A DNA stretch of 64,000 nt from Takakia lepidozioides (taxonomy: Eukaryota > Plantae > Bryophyta), in contig CM060731.1 of NCBI GenBank assembly GCA_030704615.1, forward strand, positions 79,918,001 to 79,982,000, given 5' to 3'. The position numbers and the translations under genes are program-made. Below are positions 39,061 to 49,319 of the stretch, in pieces. How positions within the stretch are numbered: position 1 is the stretch's first letter; the number at the start of each line of letters is the position of its first letter. The notes under the pieces are model-generated. The model was not told the DNA's origin and searched no databases. It saw only the letters and a program-made list of their open reading frames with translations.

Positions 39061-39260
39061 GACGTGGGACTGGCATGTGGTCTGGAAGGCCGAATTTTGA
39101 AGCTCGTGGAGGGCGGTTTGAGGAGTATCTTCATGATATTCCCATGGTCAAGTTCAGGTGTAGGCTATGTTAGGAACTTAGTATTCCAAACCATAAGCCG
39201 CAACAGGTTCTCTACCCGGTTACCTTGTGGAGAGGGGGTTAGGGACATGTTCATGACCGG

Positions 39261-41204
39261 TTGAGTGTCAACACGGAGGTGCCACTAGTTGCTGGGGACA
39301 GTGCCGGTTCGAGCACTAGCGATACTAGTGGGTACACGAGACGAGGTGTGCGGTTTAGGCCACCTTCACCTCCTGTGTCTTCCACGGAAGGTTCTGATTC
39401 GGATTGTGAATCAGGAGGGCTCATACCGGCGGTGCAAGTTGTTTCTTTGCCATTGTTGTGGGACACAATGGAGGAGATGTATGGAGCTACCAAGGGGCCA
39501 CGAAGGTACTCTGGGGCGGTGGGCACCATTGAGTTGGATGATTTTATCCAAGAGTTTGATAGTTGGTGTGATTGCAGCAAATGCGCAATCCACAACTATT
39601 TACGCCGTTCATGGCATGGAAAGGGCTGTTTCAGCACCTTGAGGGGCCGCCTATGGATGATTACCATGAGTTCAGGCGGGGGCATGAGGTTGAGATCGAG
39701 GAGTGGAGGATGTACTGGTCACCCGACTATGTCTCCATCACTAGGGGCACTAGAGCCACGAGGGCAGTGGCTACACCTGCCGCTGCACCGGCAGCTTCAG
39801 CAAGCAGCAGTGGGACTGGTGGTACAGTAGCTACGACGTCCACCCAAGCCACTACCGCACCAGCACTAGCACCCGTGCCTGCCTTCAACCCTGTTGTGGA
39901 GTTCTTCGAAGAGTTGAGAGGGAACTACCAAGGGGTGAGGACAGAGAAGTTGCGGAGCTTGCAAGAGTTCCAACGGAAGCCGACCGAGAGCTTGAGGGAG
40001 GCTTTCACTCGCATGAGGCGCTTGATAAATGTAACCCAAGGGGTTACGGAAGCTCAGGCAGTCCAATTCTGGTATGGGATATTGGACAAGGAGCTGAGGA
40101 GAAGGGTGCGGGATGCAACTCTCCTACAAGCGGCCCAACCCACCTTAGCAAATGTGTTTTTGCTGGCAGAGCGGATAGAGCTCAACATGGTGGAGGAACG
40201 AGTGGTCATGGTGGATTTGCTAAGGAGACACCACGGGGGTAGTGGTGCTCCTAGCCAACCACTACCTCAACGTGCTCAAGGCAACAAGGGGGCTCAGGTG
40301 AAGCTCAGGGAAGGGCAGAGAGGACCTCAGATGCAGGGGTCTCTCCCTTCATTTGCTGGCCAACAACGGGCGGATGTGGTGTGCTGGACATGTGGAGGAC
40401 CCCATGTCAAGAAGGATTGTCCAGAGGGAGGCAAAGGGCCGGCACATGCACAGCCTGCACAGTTACAGTGTGGGCATTGTGGCAAACACGGGCATGGAGA
40501 GGCCAGTGTTATGGTTTGCATCCTGAGTTGCGCCCAGGCCAGTTCCAAGGGAACAATGGTGGCCGGGGGCGAGGTGGAGCAGCCCAGAGGGACGAGGTGG
40601 CCAGCCACGAGGCCAAGGGCAAGCTCAACGTGGCCAAGGACGCGGAGGTCAGGGTGTTGACCAAGGCATGGCCAACCGGCTTCAGCAGCTAGAGCAGAGG
40701 CTCGCTGCCATGGCTACAGCTCAGGTGGTACCGGCTCTAAGGCCGGATGGTCCACCTCCTGCTCCTGAGGGAGGAGATATGGGAGGCATGGGATTCATGT
40801 GTGGAGCAGCACTACCACTAGTGCAGGTGGAGTCTGCTGCAGCCGTGACTCGAGGAGCAGCACGAGTTCCTGAGCCACGAGGTGCAGAGGTGGAGTTGGA
40901 TCCACAGCGTGGGGAGGCAAGCCGTCAGGCTAGGCTTCCTCAGTCATTCACATTGGCGGAGACAGTGTCGACGCCATCCATGGCACCTAGTTCTCGCCCG
41001 ACTGTTACCGAGGCGGAGGTTACTATGCCATTGGGGAGAGCTACACGGGTAGCACCACTACCTAGTGTTGCCAAGGCTACGGCAGCTAGTGTGCTGCTAG
41101 GAGCGGCCACATCTGTGTGCCAGGCTCCATTGTTCTCGGCTACCATGATTGCGACGCCGGGGGTAAGACCAGCTGAGGTTCAGGCTGGCAGCTACACTCT
41201 GTGA
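39261..41204 (+). CDS. gag: Gag with two zinc knuckles (frameshifted in this sequence)
   Basis: LQEFQRKPTESLREAFTRMRRL..FWYGILDKELRRRV capsid-like region; CWTCGGPHVKKDC; CGHCGKHGHGE.QC (across a frameshift) followed by YGLHPEL. Confidence 0.85.
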
Positions 41205-41238
41205 GAGTGGGGAGGTTACTTCATCTTCTGCGGAGATA

Positions 41239-41810
41239 GTGGGAGGTGTAGTGCCGGAGGGATCCTCGGATTTGAGGGTCAAGACTGCCACGGCGGCGCC
41301 ATGGCAAGCTGCAGCTGCCAGGTTGATGGAGCTGCCAGCTAGGCCAGCCATTGAGCGCGCCATGGTGACACCTGGAGTTGTCATGTTAGACAACCAGGAT
41401 GGCATTTTCTGTTTGAGTGGACCGGCAGGCAAGAGGTACCGGCCACTGCGGGTCTTGGACTCGGGAGCTCAGCCATTGATGCTGGGCAGAGCTGCTATTG
41501 CAGGCTTGGGCCTCACGGAGGCGGATATGGAGCCTTGTCCTTTCCAGATACAGACGTCTCTGGGAGGATCGGAGCAGGCTCGGGGCATGACACGGCGTGA
41601 GTTGGCTATCAGACTACGGCCGGATCACCCTACAGATGGCTCAGTGATGCGAGCCAAGGCCATTGTGACAGACGCAGTCTCATACGATGTCCTGGTTGGT
41701 GGGGCAGTGTTGTACCCCATGGGCTTCACCCTGGATTTTTGGGAGGAGTCAGCTTCCTATAGGCCTGCATGGCAGTCAGGGGAGGGCCGGCGTGTGCAGC
41801 TCCCTGTGAC
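41239..41810 (+). CDS. Retropepsin-type aspartic protease domain
   Basis: VLDSGAQPL catalytic DSG at 41458-41466; downstream YDVLVGG matches the (D)xILG motif. Confidence 0.85.
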
Positions 41811-42169
41811 GTTCATAGGAGGAGTTGCGGTTGCCCAGCGAGGCAAGATGCCGACACTAGCAGCATTCACAGCGGCAGTGAGTTGGCCTAGAGAGTTGCT
41901 TGAGGGCAATGCTCATTCAGAGGATGTACCACCTCCGGGAGAGCAGGATGACATGTATGGTATGGCGGAGTTGCCTACCATGGTTGCTCAGACTCCATTG
42001 TGGGGCACGAGCAAGGATTTGCAGCGGGATGCTGATCGACGGGTGCAACAAGCCTGGGTGGAGGCTTTTGTACCGTCAGGGAGAGGAGGAGAGTGTGGGG
42101 ATTGCACCAGGACCACCTCAATTGTCTCCATTGGACACCACACCTATTGTGTGGCAGTCTCCGGATGAA

Positions 42170-43110
42170 GGCATTTGTCTTCTGGACTTGTTTGGCGGGA
42201 TCAGCACCGGATTGGCTGCTGTGTTACAGGCAGGTGTACGAGTTCGGCGTTACCTGTATGTGGAGAGGGATGAGACTGCACGACGCGTTTCACTTCGCCA
42301 TGTTGCTCAGTTGGTGCAGCGGTACCCTGAGTTGTTGTCGGTGTCTGCAATTCGTGGATATCAGCAGGCCTTGCCAGCAGACATTTCGTTGCTGGGGGCG
42401 CAGGATTTGGAGCGGGTTGGCTCCATTGATCTGGTAGTGGCAGGTTGGCCCTGCCAAGGGCATTCATCAGCCGGGCATGGCAATGGATTGCGAGACTCGA
42501 GGTCGGGTCTGTTTTGGGAGATGGTGCGGGTTTTGCGCCACTTGCAGCTTCATCAAGCTGTATCTCCAGCATACATCTTGGAGAATGTGCCACTGATGGG
42601 CGATTCTCGGGCCAGGGTGATGGCCAGTGTGCATCAAGTCCGGTCGTGGCTTGGGTCAGCAGTGTTGCTAGATGCAGCTACAGTGGGGTCACGGGCTCAT
42701 CGTCCACGGCTATGGTGGACTAACATGATGCCACCCGCACTGCTCAAGCGTGCATTTGATGGGGTGCAGCGGCCAGCACATCTCACAGTGGATAACATTC
42801 TGGACACAGGGAGGCAGTCTCAACGTGTGAGACACGATGACCGTTCGCCTTTGGCAGTGGTCAACAAGGTGGGTCAACCACGAGCAGCATTACCTACACT
42901 GCTCAGCTTCCCAGGATCGCATGCTTTCCGGGATAGTGGACCTGGCCTCCTGTGGGATGCTCAGTTGCAGCAGTTAGTGGAGCCTAATGCTGACGAGCGT
43001 GAGGGCAATGGGTTTTACCACTGGTACCACGGCGGTGTCGTCTCTTTCTGAGGCATCACGTCGTCAAGTGTTGGGGCAAGCAATGGATCTCAATTGCTTG
43101 ACCTGGATTA
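42170..43110 (+). CDS. C5 cytosine DNA methyltransferase domain, DNMT3-like, within pol
   Basis: Motif I LLDLFGGISTG, II YVERD, III ADI, IV LVVAGWPCQGHS (PCQ 42449-42457), V SGLFWEMVRVL, VI YILENV (42581-42589), VIII LDAATVGSRAHRPRLWWTNM, IX EPNADERE.AMGF..GTT, X RRQVLGQAMD. One frameshift near 43000. Confidence 0.95.
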
Positions 43111-43570
43111 TCAGCTTGGCTCTGGCTGAGCAACGCAGAGTGCGGAATACACTTCCCTCAATGGTCTCTCTGCCTACCGAGACGGTACAGGCAGTGAGTG
43201 GGGGCGAGCATGTGAGGACCACGGGGTGCATGCATCCATGGCACACGTGGGAGGTGCTCGAGGTTCAGAGTTGGCAGCCAAGGCGGCTGATGGATGAGGT
43301 TGGGGATTCTTCTCGGGTTGAGGAGGTCCTCAAGGATGAGATGATGGGGCAGGATGAGGCCTTGTCATTGACTGAGCAGGCAGGGAGTACTGCTCAAGAG
43401 GTTGCAGCATAGCAACCACGGGACGCGTCCTCTACCTCTAAGCCCACTGGACTTAAGGTTGTAGTTACGGAGGACAATTGGGAGCCTGACATTGGACCAT
43501 TGTCACCGGAGGAGAGAGACGACGTATACGGCGGTTCCTGAGGGCTTACAGGAATTGCTTTGCCTTCAGT

Positions 43571-44900
43571 TTGAAGGACTTGGGAGCACTGAAGGGTCAA
43601 GAGATCCGTATTGAGTTGGCCACTGACACGCCAATCTTTCGGAGACCCTATAGATACAGTGACATGGAGAGGTCTTTGATTCAGATGAGGACTCAAGATC
43701 TCTGGGAGGCAGGTTTGGTGGAGCTCTCTGGTGGAGAGTATGCTTCAGCCACAGTGATGCCAGCCAAGAAGGATGTCTATGGCAATTGGACGGAGAGACG
43801 TATGTGCGATTACCGGCCTGTAAATCGTCAGACCAAGTCCGATAAGTATGCCATGCCAACACCAGAGGAGATCTTTGATGCCATCGGGCATGCTAAGGCC
43901 TTTAGCACTTTGGATTTACGATCCGGATATCACCAGTTGCCAATCAAGGAGGCGGACAAGCAGAAGACGGCATTCTGGGGGATCAATGAGCACGGCAAGG
44001 ATTGCCTATATCAGTGGCGGTTCTTACCATTTGGGCTTAAGAATGCTCCTGCAGAGTTTCAGAGAGTCATGGATAGGATTCTAGCAGGGGTGGACTTTGC
44101 TCGGTGCTACATAGATGACATCATCATCTTTAGTGTTACGATGGAGGAGCATGAGAGACACCTTCAGGTGGTATTGGAGCGCTTGAGAGCGCACGGATTG
44201 AAGTTGCATCCGGGGAAGTGCAAGTTTTTCCACAACCAGATTGAGTATCTGGGTCATGATATATCCTGGAGGATTGGGGGTACAGCAGACTAAGGTAGAG
44301 GCCATTGCACAAATTCCACGCCCCACGGATGTGAGCGAGTTCGAGCTTTCATGGGGTTGGCAAACTATTATAGACGGTTTGTCAAGGGATTTAGTACCAT
44401 TGCAAAGGCTCTAACCAAGCTGACCAAGGTGGACCAGGAGTGGCAGTGGGAAGATGAGCAGGAACGAGCTTTTCAAGAGCTCAAGGCGAGGTTGACCTCG
44501 GCGCCTATCTTGAGACGACCTATCAGGGGGCGTCCCTTTCAGCTGCATACGGATTGGAGCATGCTGGGGCTTGGAGCGGTGCTCACACAGGTGGATGATG
44601 AGGGAAGAGAGTTCGTAGTGGCTTACGCTAGCCGCTCGAAAACGCTGCAGAGGCTAAGTACAGCTCATATGAGGGAGAGTGCTTAGCTGCAGTGTGGGCC
44701 GTGGCACACTTCAGGTGCTATCTATACGGCAATCTTTTCACCCTTGTCACGGATCACCAGCCACTCAAGTGGTTGATGGAGTCAGACAAGCTTACGGGGA
44801 AGCTTGCACGGTGGGCACTTATACTCCAGGAGTATGACTTTCAGGTTGTGCATCGACCGGGTTTGGTCAATCGGGATGCGGATGGATTGAGTCGCAATCC
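43571..44900 (+). CDS. pol: Reverse transcriptase and RNase H (Gypsy type; frameshifted)
   Basis: DYRPVN, LDLRSGYHQ, LPFGLKNAPAEFQ, YIDD (44108-44119), KLHPGKC, YLGH; LHTDWSMLGLGAVL, VTDHQPL, KLARWALILQEYDF, ADGLSR. Confidence 0.97.
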
Positions 44901-45242
44901 ATGCATGAGCCAGCAGGATGACACTGGAGCTCGGTGGCATGGTGAGACGGACGAGGAGATGGTGCCGGGATGGCACGCATCTGCATTTTTGTGTATTGGC
45001 ATCGGGAGGTCAGATTGGACCTACAACAGGGATGACTGTAGACGGAGTGTCTGAGGACCCTGAGGCTAGTGATGAGCTAGGTGGTGCCAGAGATATACAT
45101 GAGGATTCGGCTGTGTTGGACTACCTCCGCACGGGAGACACGGCAGCCATTGTGACTGCCAGGGAGAGGGATCGGATCCTGCAACGAGCCAAGAGGTTCA
45201 AGTGGGAGGGGATACACCTACTTCGAGTGGGAGGATGGTCGG

Positions 45243-46380
45243 GTGAGGATTGTGCCTCACCCCACACAGCGTGCACGGTTAGTGCGGCATGCCCATGAGG
45301 AGTTGGGGCATTTTGGAGTGCGACGCACTCACAGTTTACTGCAGGGGCAGTATTGGTGGCGTGGTATGCATACAGAGGTGCAACAGTTTGTGGCTAGGTG
45401 CATGGTGTGTGACAGGGTGCGTGCTTCATTCAACGCCCCTACACCACAGTTGCATCCTTTACCTATCATGGGATTGGGCTACAGGTGGAGTCTTGACTTC
45501 GCAGGACCGTTGCCACTGACTATGCGCCACCACAGATATGTGTTGGTGATGGTGGAGCACTTCTCCAAGTGGATTGAGTTGGTTCCATTGCCTGACAAGG
45601 CTAGTGAGGGGGCTGCGTATGCATTCTTGGATCGTGTGCTTAGCCGATTTGGTGCTCCAGCTGAGGTACTCACGGACCAAGGGAGAGAGTTTGGGGGAGT
45701 TTCAGGCTTTGTGTGATAAAGCCTTGATAGACCACCGCACCACTTCTCGGGATCATCCTGAGGCCGATGGCTTAGCAGAGAGAGTTGTTCAGACGGTGAA
45801 GAGGGGTTTGCGCAAGTATGGCTTGCAGAAGGGACACCTAGGAGATTGGGATCTTCAGGTTCCTTGGTTAGCCATGGGCTACAGGTTCAGCAAACAAGCA
45901 TCACTTGCCTCCTTCTCACCATATTTCCTTCTCTTTGGCCGAGAGCCGGATTTGCCTGCAGCCATTCGTAGGGACACTGCTCAAGTCCTTAACCTTGACG
46001 ATCCGGACGTGTGGGTACGTGCATGTGATCAGCGTGCAGAGTGTTTCAAGAAAGTCATGCCCATGGCTTTTGAGAACCTTGCCATTGCACAGCACCGTGA
46101 TACGTTGAGGTATGCACTATACGTGGTGGAGGATATCGTCCTGGGGTTCGGAGGTTTAGCCCTGGTGACTATGTTTATTTGCAGCAGACTGCTCCTACGA
46201 CTCTGGATGTTACTGCAGGGCGTGTTATTCTGAGGGTTCGAGAGGTGTTGCCCTCAGGGGTCCTGATCTTGGAGGGTCGGGATGGCATGACTTGGAAGGA
46301 CCATGTGCGTAATTGTGCGCCATGTCACCTTCCCAATGTCGATGGCAGAGTTGACCCAAACTTGGCAGTGGTACCTGCAG
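45243..46380 (+). CDS. DDE integrase with HHCC zinc finger (frameshifted)
   Basis: HEELGHFG..CMVC; WSLDFAGP; VLTDQGREF; DGLAERVVQTVK; FSPYFLLFGREP. Confidence 0.95.
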
Positions 46381-46388
46381 GTTTGAGG

Positions 46389-46529
46389 TGCTGCTCTGTG
46401 GGTCTGCCAAAGGGGCAGCCACCATGCTGGTGTGTGATCGATGCTCAAGGGGTTGGCATATGGGATGCTTGACACCACCTTGAGAAGGTTCCTGACGGAG
46501 ATTGGTTGTGTCCACACTGCTTGGGATAG
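46389..46529 (+). CDS. PHD finger (C4HC3) at the integrase C-terminus
   Basis: Correcting two frameshifts gives C-x-L-CGSAKGAATMLVCDRCSRGWHMGCLTPP(L)EKVPDGDWLCPHCLG*. Confidence 0.9.
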
Positions 46530-46779
46530 TGGCAGTGGACATGACTGGAGGCAGCTAACAAGACATGGGAGGCCAAGCTCATAGGAGTCAATACATGAGA
46601 TCCCAAGCTCAAGTTCACAGGTTGCAAGACGGCGACTAACGATGGGGCAAACTCTTGCACCCGGCCTCTTGATCTATCGAGTTTGAGTGTAGTAGGGATA
46701 GTGGTGGAGGACTTAGTGAGGCTATGGTCACTATCACATCTTGTGGCTACCTGGACTTAGAGGGACCTAAGCACCAGCT

Positions 46780-46790
46780 AGGGGGGCGAT
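46780..46790 (+). promoter_or_regulatory. Polypurine tract (plus-strand primer)
   Basis: AGGGGGGCGAT immediately precedes TGTGTGG, the start of repeat B1. Confidence 0.7.
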
Positions 46791-47485
46791 TGTGTGGACT
46801 AGTGACTGCCATAGTGGGCAGCGTAGTGGCAGCCTAGTGACTGACTAGTTGTAGCCTAGTGGTTGGACTAGTGGCTGGACTAGTGGTAGACTAGTGGTAT
46901 ACTAGTGTGTGGTGTGCACATGTGTTGTGTGGTTTTGGACAGCGATGTAGTTGTGTAGCGATATGTATGCGCACGACAGCTGTCAAGTTATTTTACACTA
47001 GTGTGAAACTAGCTAGGAAATAGCTAGCTTTTACATATTGACATTTGGGATTGGCCCAAGTGTCAATCCAGGGGTCAAGGCAGATTTAGGCCCTGGAGTG
47101 GTTATCTTCACGGCAAGCGCGGGAGGCTCATCTTTCTCGAGTTGAGCCTCACCGCGCCTAGCTATGGCGCCGTAGTGTGGATTCCCCATGGCGTGGGGTG
47201 CACTTGGCTTGACTTGTATTTGAGTGATGAGGTTATATATGCATGAGTTTATGCTTCAGATTTGTGAGCTCGTGCTTGTATTCTTCTTCTTTATCATTGT
47301 GTGGACTAGTGACTGCCATAGTGGGCAGCGTAGTGGCAGCCTAGTGACTGACTAGTTGTAGCCTAGTGGTTGGACTAGTGGCTGGACTAGTGGTAGACTA
47401 GTGGTATACTAGTGTGTGGTGTGCACATGTGTTGTGTGGTTTTGGACAGCGATGTAGTTGTGTAGCGATATGTATGCGCACGACA
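46791..47485 (+). repeat. 3' repeat block: B1 (46791-46978), GC, A2 (46981-47296), T, B2 (47298-47485)
   Basis: B1 and B2 are identical 188-bp TG...CA units rich in ACTAGTG motifs; A2 copies the 5' end of the element. Confidence 0.95.
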
Positions 47486-49319
47486 AACTGAATCATATTC
47501 TTGCACCAGACGTTCAGCTGACATCCTACCAATGTAATCAGCAATGCACTGTAAGCCTTTGAACCGTGGATCCAACATTAAGGCTAGCATGTTATGTGCC
47601 TTGTTCTCAATGAAATATTCAGCAAATGAAAGAAATGGGTGAAGAACCTCTATGACTTGGAGGGCCATGCGAGCATAAAGCAACTTTATCTCCGCATCAA
47701 AAGATCCATATTGTAAGCGTGGCACATGAGCTGTCATTACTTCCACAATCTTCCTCGTCTCCGTCATGGTAGCCAAGCCAGCTAAGAAGGCATCTGAGAG
47801 CAGCCAGTAACCCCTTCGCTGGTTCAGAATGAGTTGGTGCACTACAGGTGTCAAAGTGTCATCCACGGCTCTGGCTATGGCCCATGTTCGCCCACTGGGA
47901 ACCCTGGTTTGCAAGGCAGCAGATTGCCGTGTGTAACAAATATTGATGGCATTAGCATACGCCAACGTCTCCTGAAACATAATGACTTTCGATGCAAATC
48001 TTGTCTTGACAGGGGTCCTGAGTTTTCTCTTGGGCAAGTCTGCATCCACACAGACCTTCTCCCATTCCAACTTGCCCTTACCACTTTTCTTCGTCCAAGT
48101 GATGGTTTTTTGCAAGGCTGCCTGAGCCTCTTTCAAGCTCACCTCAATCATACCACCACTGACCTTCTCCTCATTTGTTGCGTATTGGCATGCCTTAGAC
48201 ATGGCATGCCCAAAGCAAGACCCTGGATAGGGCTCTGATAGCTTCAAAGGATCACATTTCACCACTGAAGTTAGGGCAGATTGCAAAGTCGCAAGGTTAG
48301 CCCCTTCATCCTTTACATAAGCTATCACCTTGTCTGATAGCTTGAATTGAGCCAGCAGAGCTTTCACTTGGGCTGGAAGAGCAAGTCCAGATGTATCTGG
48401 AGCTTCAAAAATACCAACTGTAATATGGCATGGACACCAAACCTCGTTGATAAAGTTTACCACAAGTGCAAAGGTATCATGCCCTGATCTTGACATCCAC
48501 AAGTCAAAGGAGCAAGACACGGTGGATGCAGAGGCTATGGCAGGTAAAACATATGTGTCCATCGTTTTCTTGAACAAAGTAGGTAGATGGTCTTTCACAA
48601 GCTGTTTTCTGCTAGGGAATACAACCTGACCACACTGACCAAATGATTAATCTGCGGAGCCAGGGATTCTCAACAACTGACAGGGGCATGTACCCTTTAC
48701 AGACCAGAAGCACCAGATCTTCAATGAACCTCAGCTGGGCAGGATTATCTATCTTGTATGGCCTACAACTGCCAAAGAACGAAGTGATAGCACTTGGAGG
48801 CACAGACTGTCGTTTTTTGGGTTTCTGACGTTTATTGCTACCTTGATCTACAACAACTTGCCTATGGGCTTTGTATTTTGCAAGATCAGATCCATGCTCA
48901 TTAGAGACATGTTTCTTCATTGCAGTTATACCATGATCTGGATTGTAGTATACAAAGCCTTTTCTGGTTCTGGTTGAGTTACTAGAGCTGTGAGCATTCT
49001 CCACTGAATGACACATAATGCACCTCATCAATTGTGTCTCATTCATCTCTACCTTAGCACTTGCATCGTTTAGGACAAAAAACGCCCAACACTCAGAACC
49101 TTTATGATATGGGAGCCAAAATCCCTGATTGGTGACCAAAATTTGCAAGCGCTAGCGCCACAGAGCCTCCTCCTCGGCAATTCGGTCCTCTTCCGCCTGA
49201 TCACCAACTTGCAGGACCTCCTCGCTTGTCACGCATGTCTCCAAGTCCTCTACATCCTCCCCAGTAGATAGCAACAATGTTTCAGTCTCACTGATCTCTA
49301 ACGCATTGAAGAAATCCAT
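47486..49319 (-). pseudogene. hAT transposase N-terminal/core part (BED finger and DDE core)
   Basis: ATG at 49319; CWAFF..RCIMCH..AMKKHVSNEH (BED); SFDLWMSRSGHD, YVKDEGANL, CFGHAMSKAC, LMLDPRFK. In-frame TAG near 49152 and a frameshift near 48620. Confidence 0.92.

Larger units (their letters stand above)
36629..47485 (+). mobile_element. Ty3/Gypsy LTR retrotransposon encoding Gag-PR-DNMT-RT-RH-IN-PHD, with permuted terminal repeats
   Basis: TGTC...GACA termini. 4-bp TSD AACT (36625-36628, 47486-47489). Excision restores the hAT frame EYDSVVLLPLL. Domain order PR-RT-RH-IN. Confidence 0.95.

Noticed and set aside
38386-39134. Three overlapping antisense ORFs (110-241 aa) with PVTA/HSPSQ repeats
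   Set aside because: They result from the stop-poor 10-bp minisatellite being open in all frames; no evidence of coding.
42170-43110. Bacterial restriction-modification methylase or contamination
   Set aside because: Colinear within Gypsy pol, inside a TSD-bounded element nested in a plant hAT among intron-containing genes; no cognate nuclease.
36629-47485. DIRS/Ngaro-type tyrosine-recombinase retroelement, suggested by the split repeats
   Set aside because: Encodes a protease and an HHCC-DDE integrase and has TG..CA ends with a 4-bp TSD; no YR motifs seen.
47387-47485. C-terminal tail of the 403-aa hAT ORF
   Set aside because: Read-through into repeat B2; the real continuation resumes on the other side of the Gypsy insertion at ~36624.
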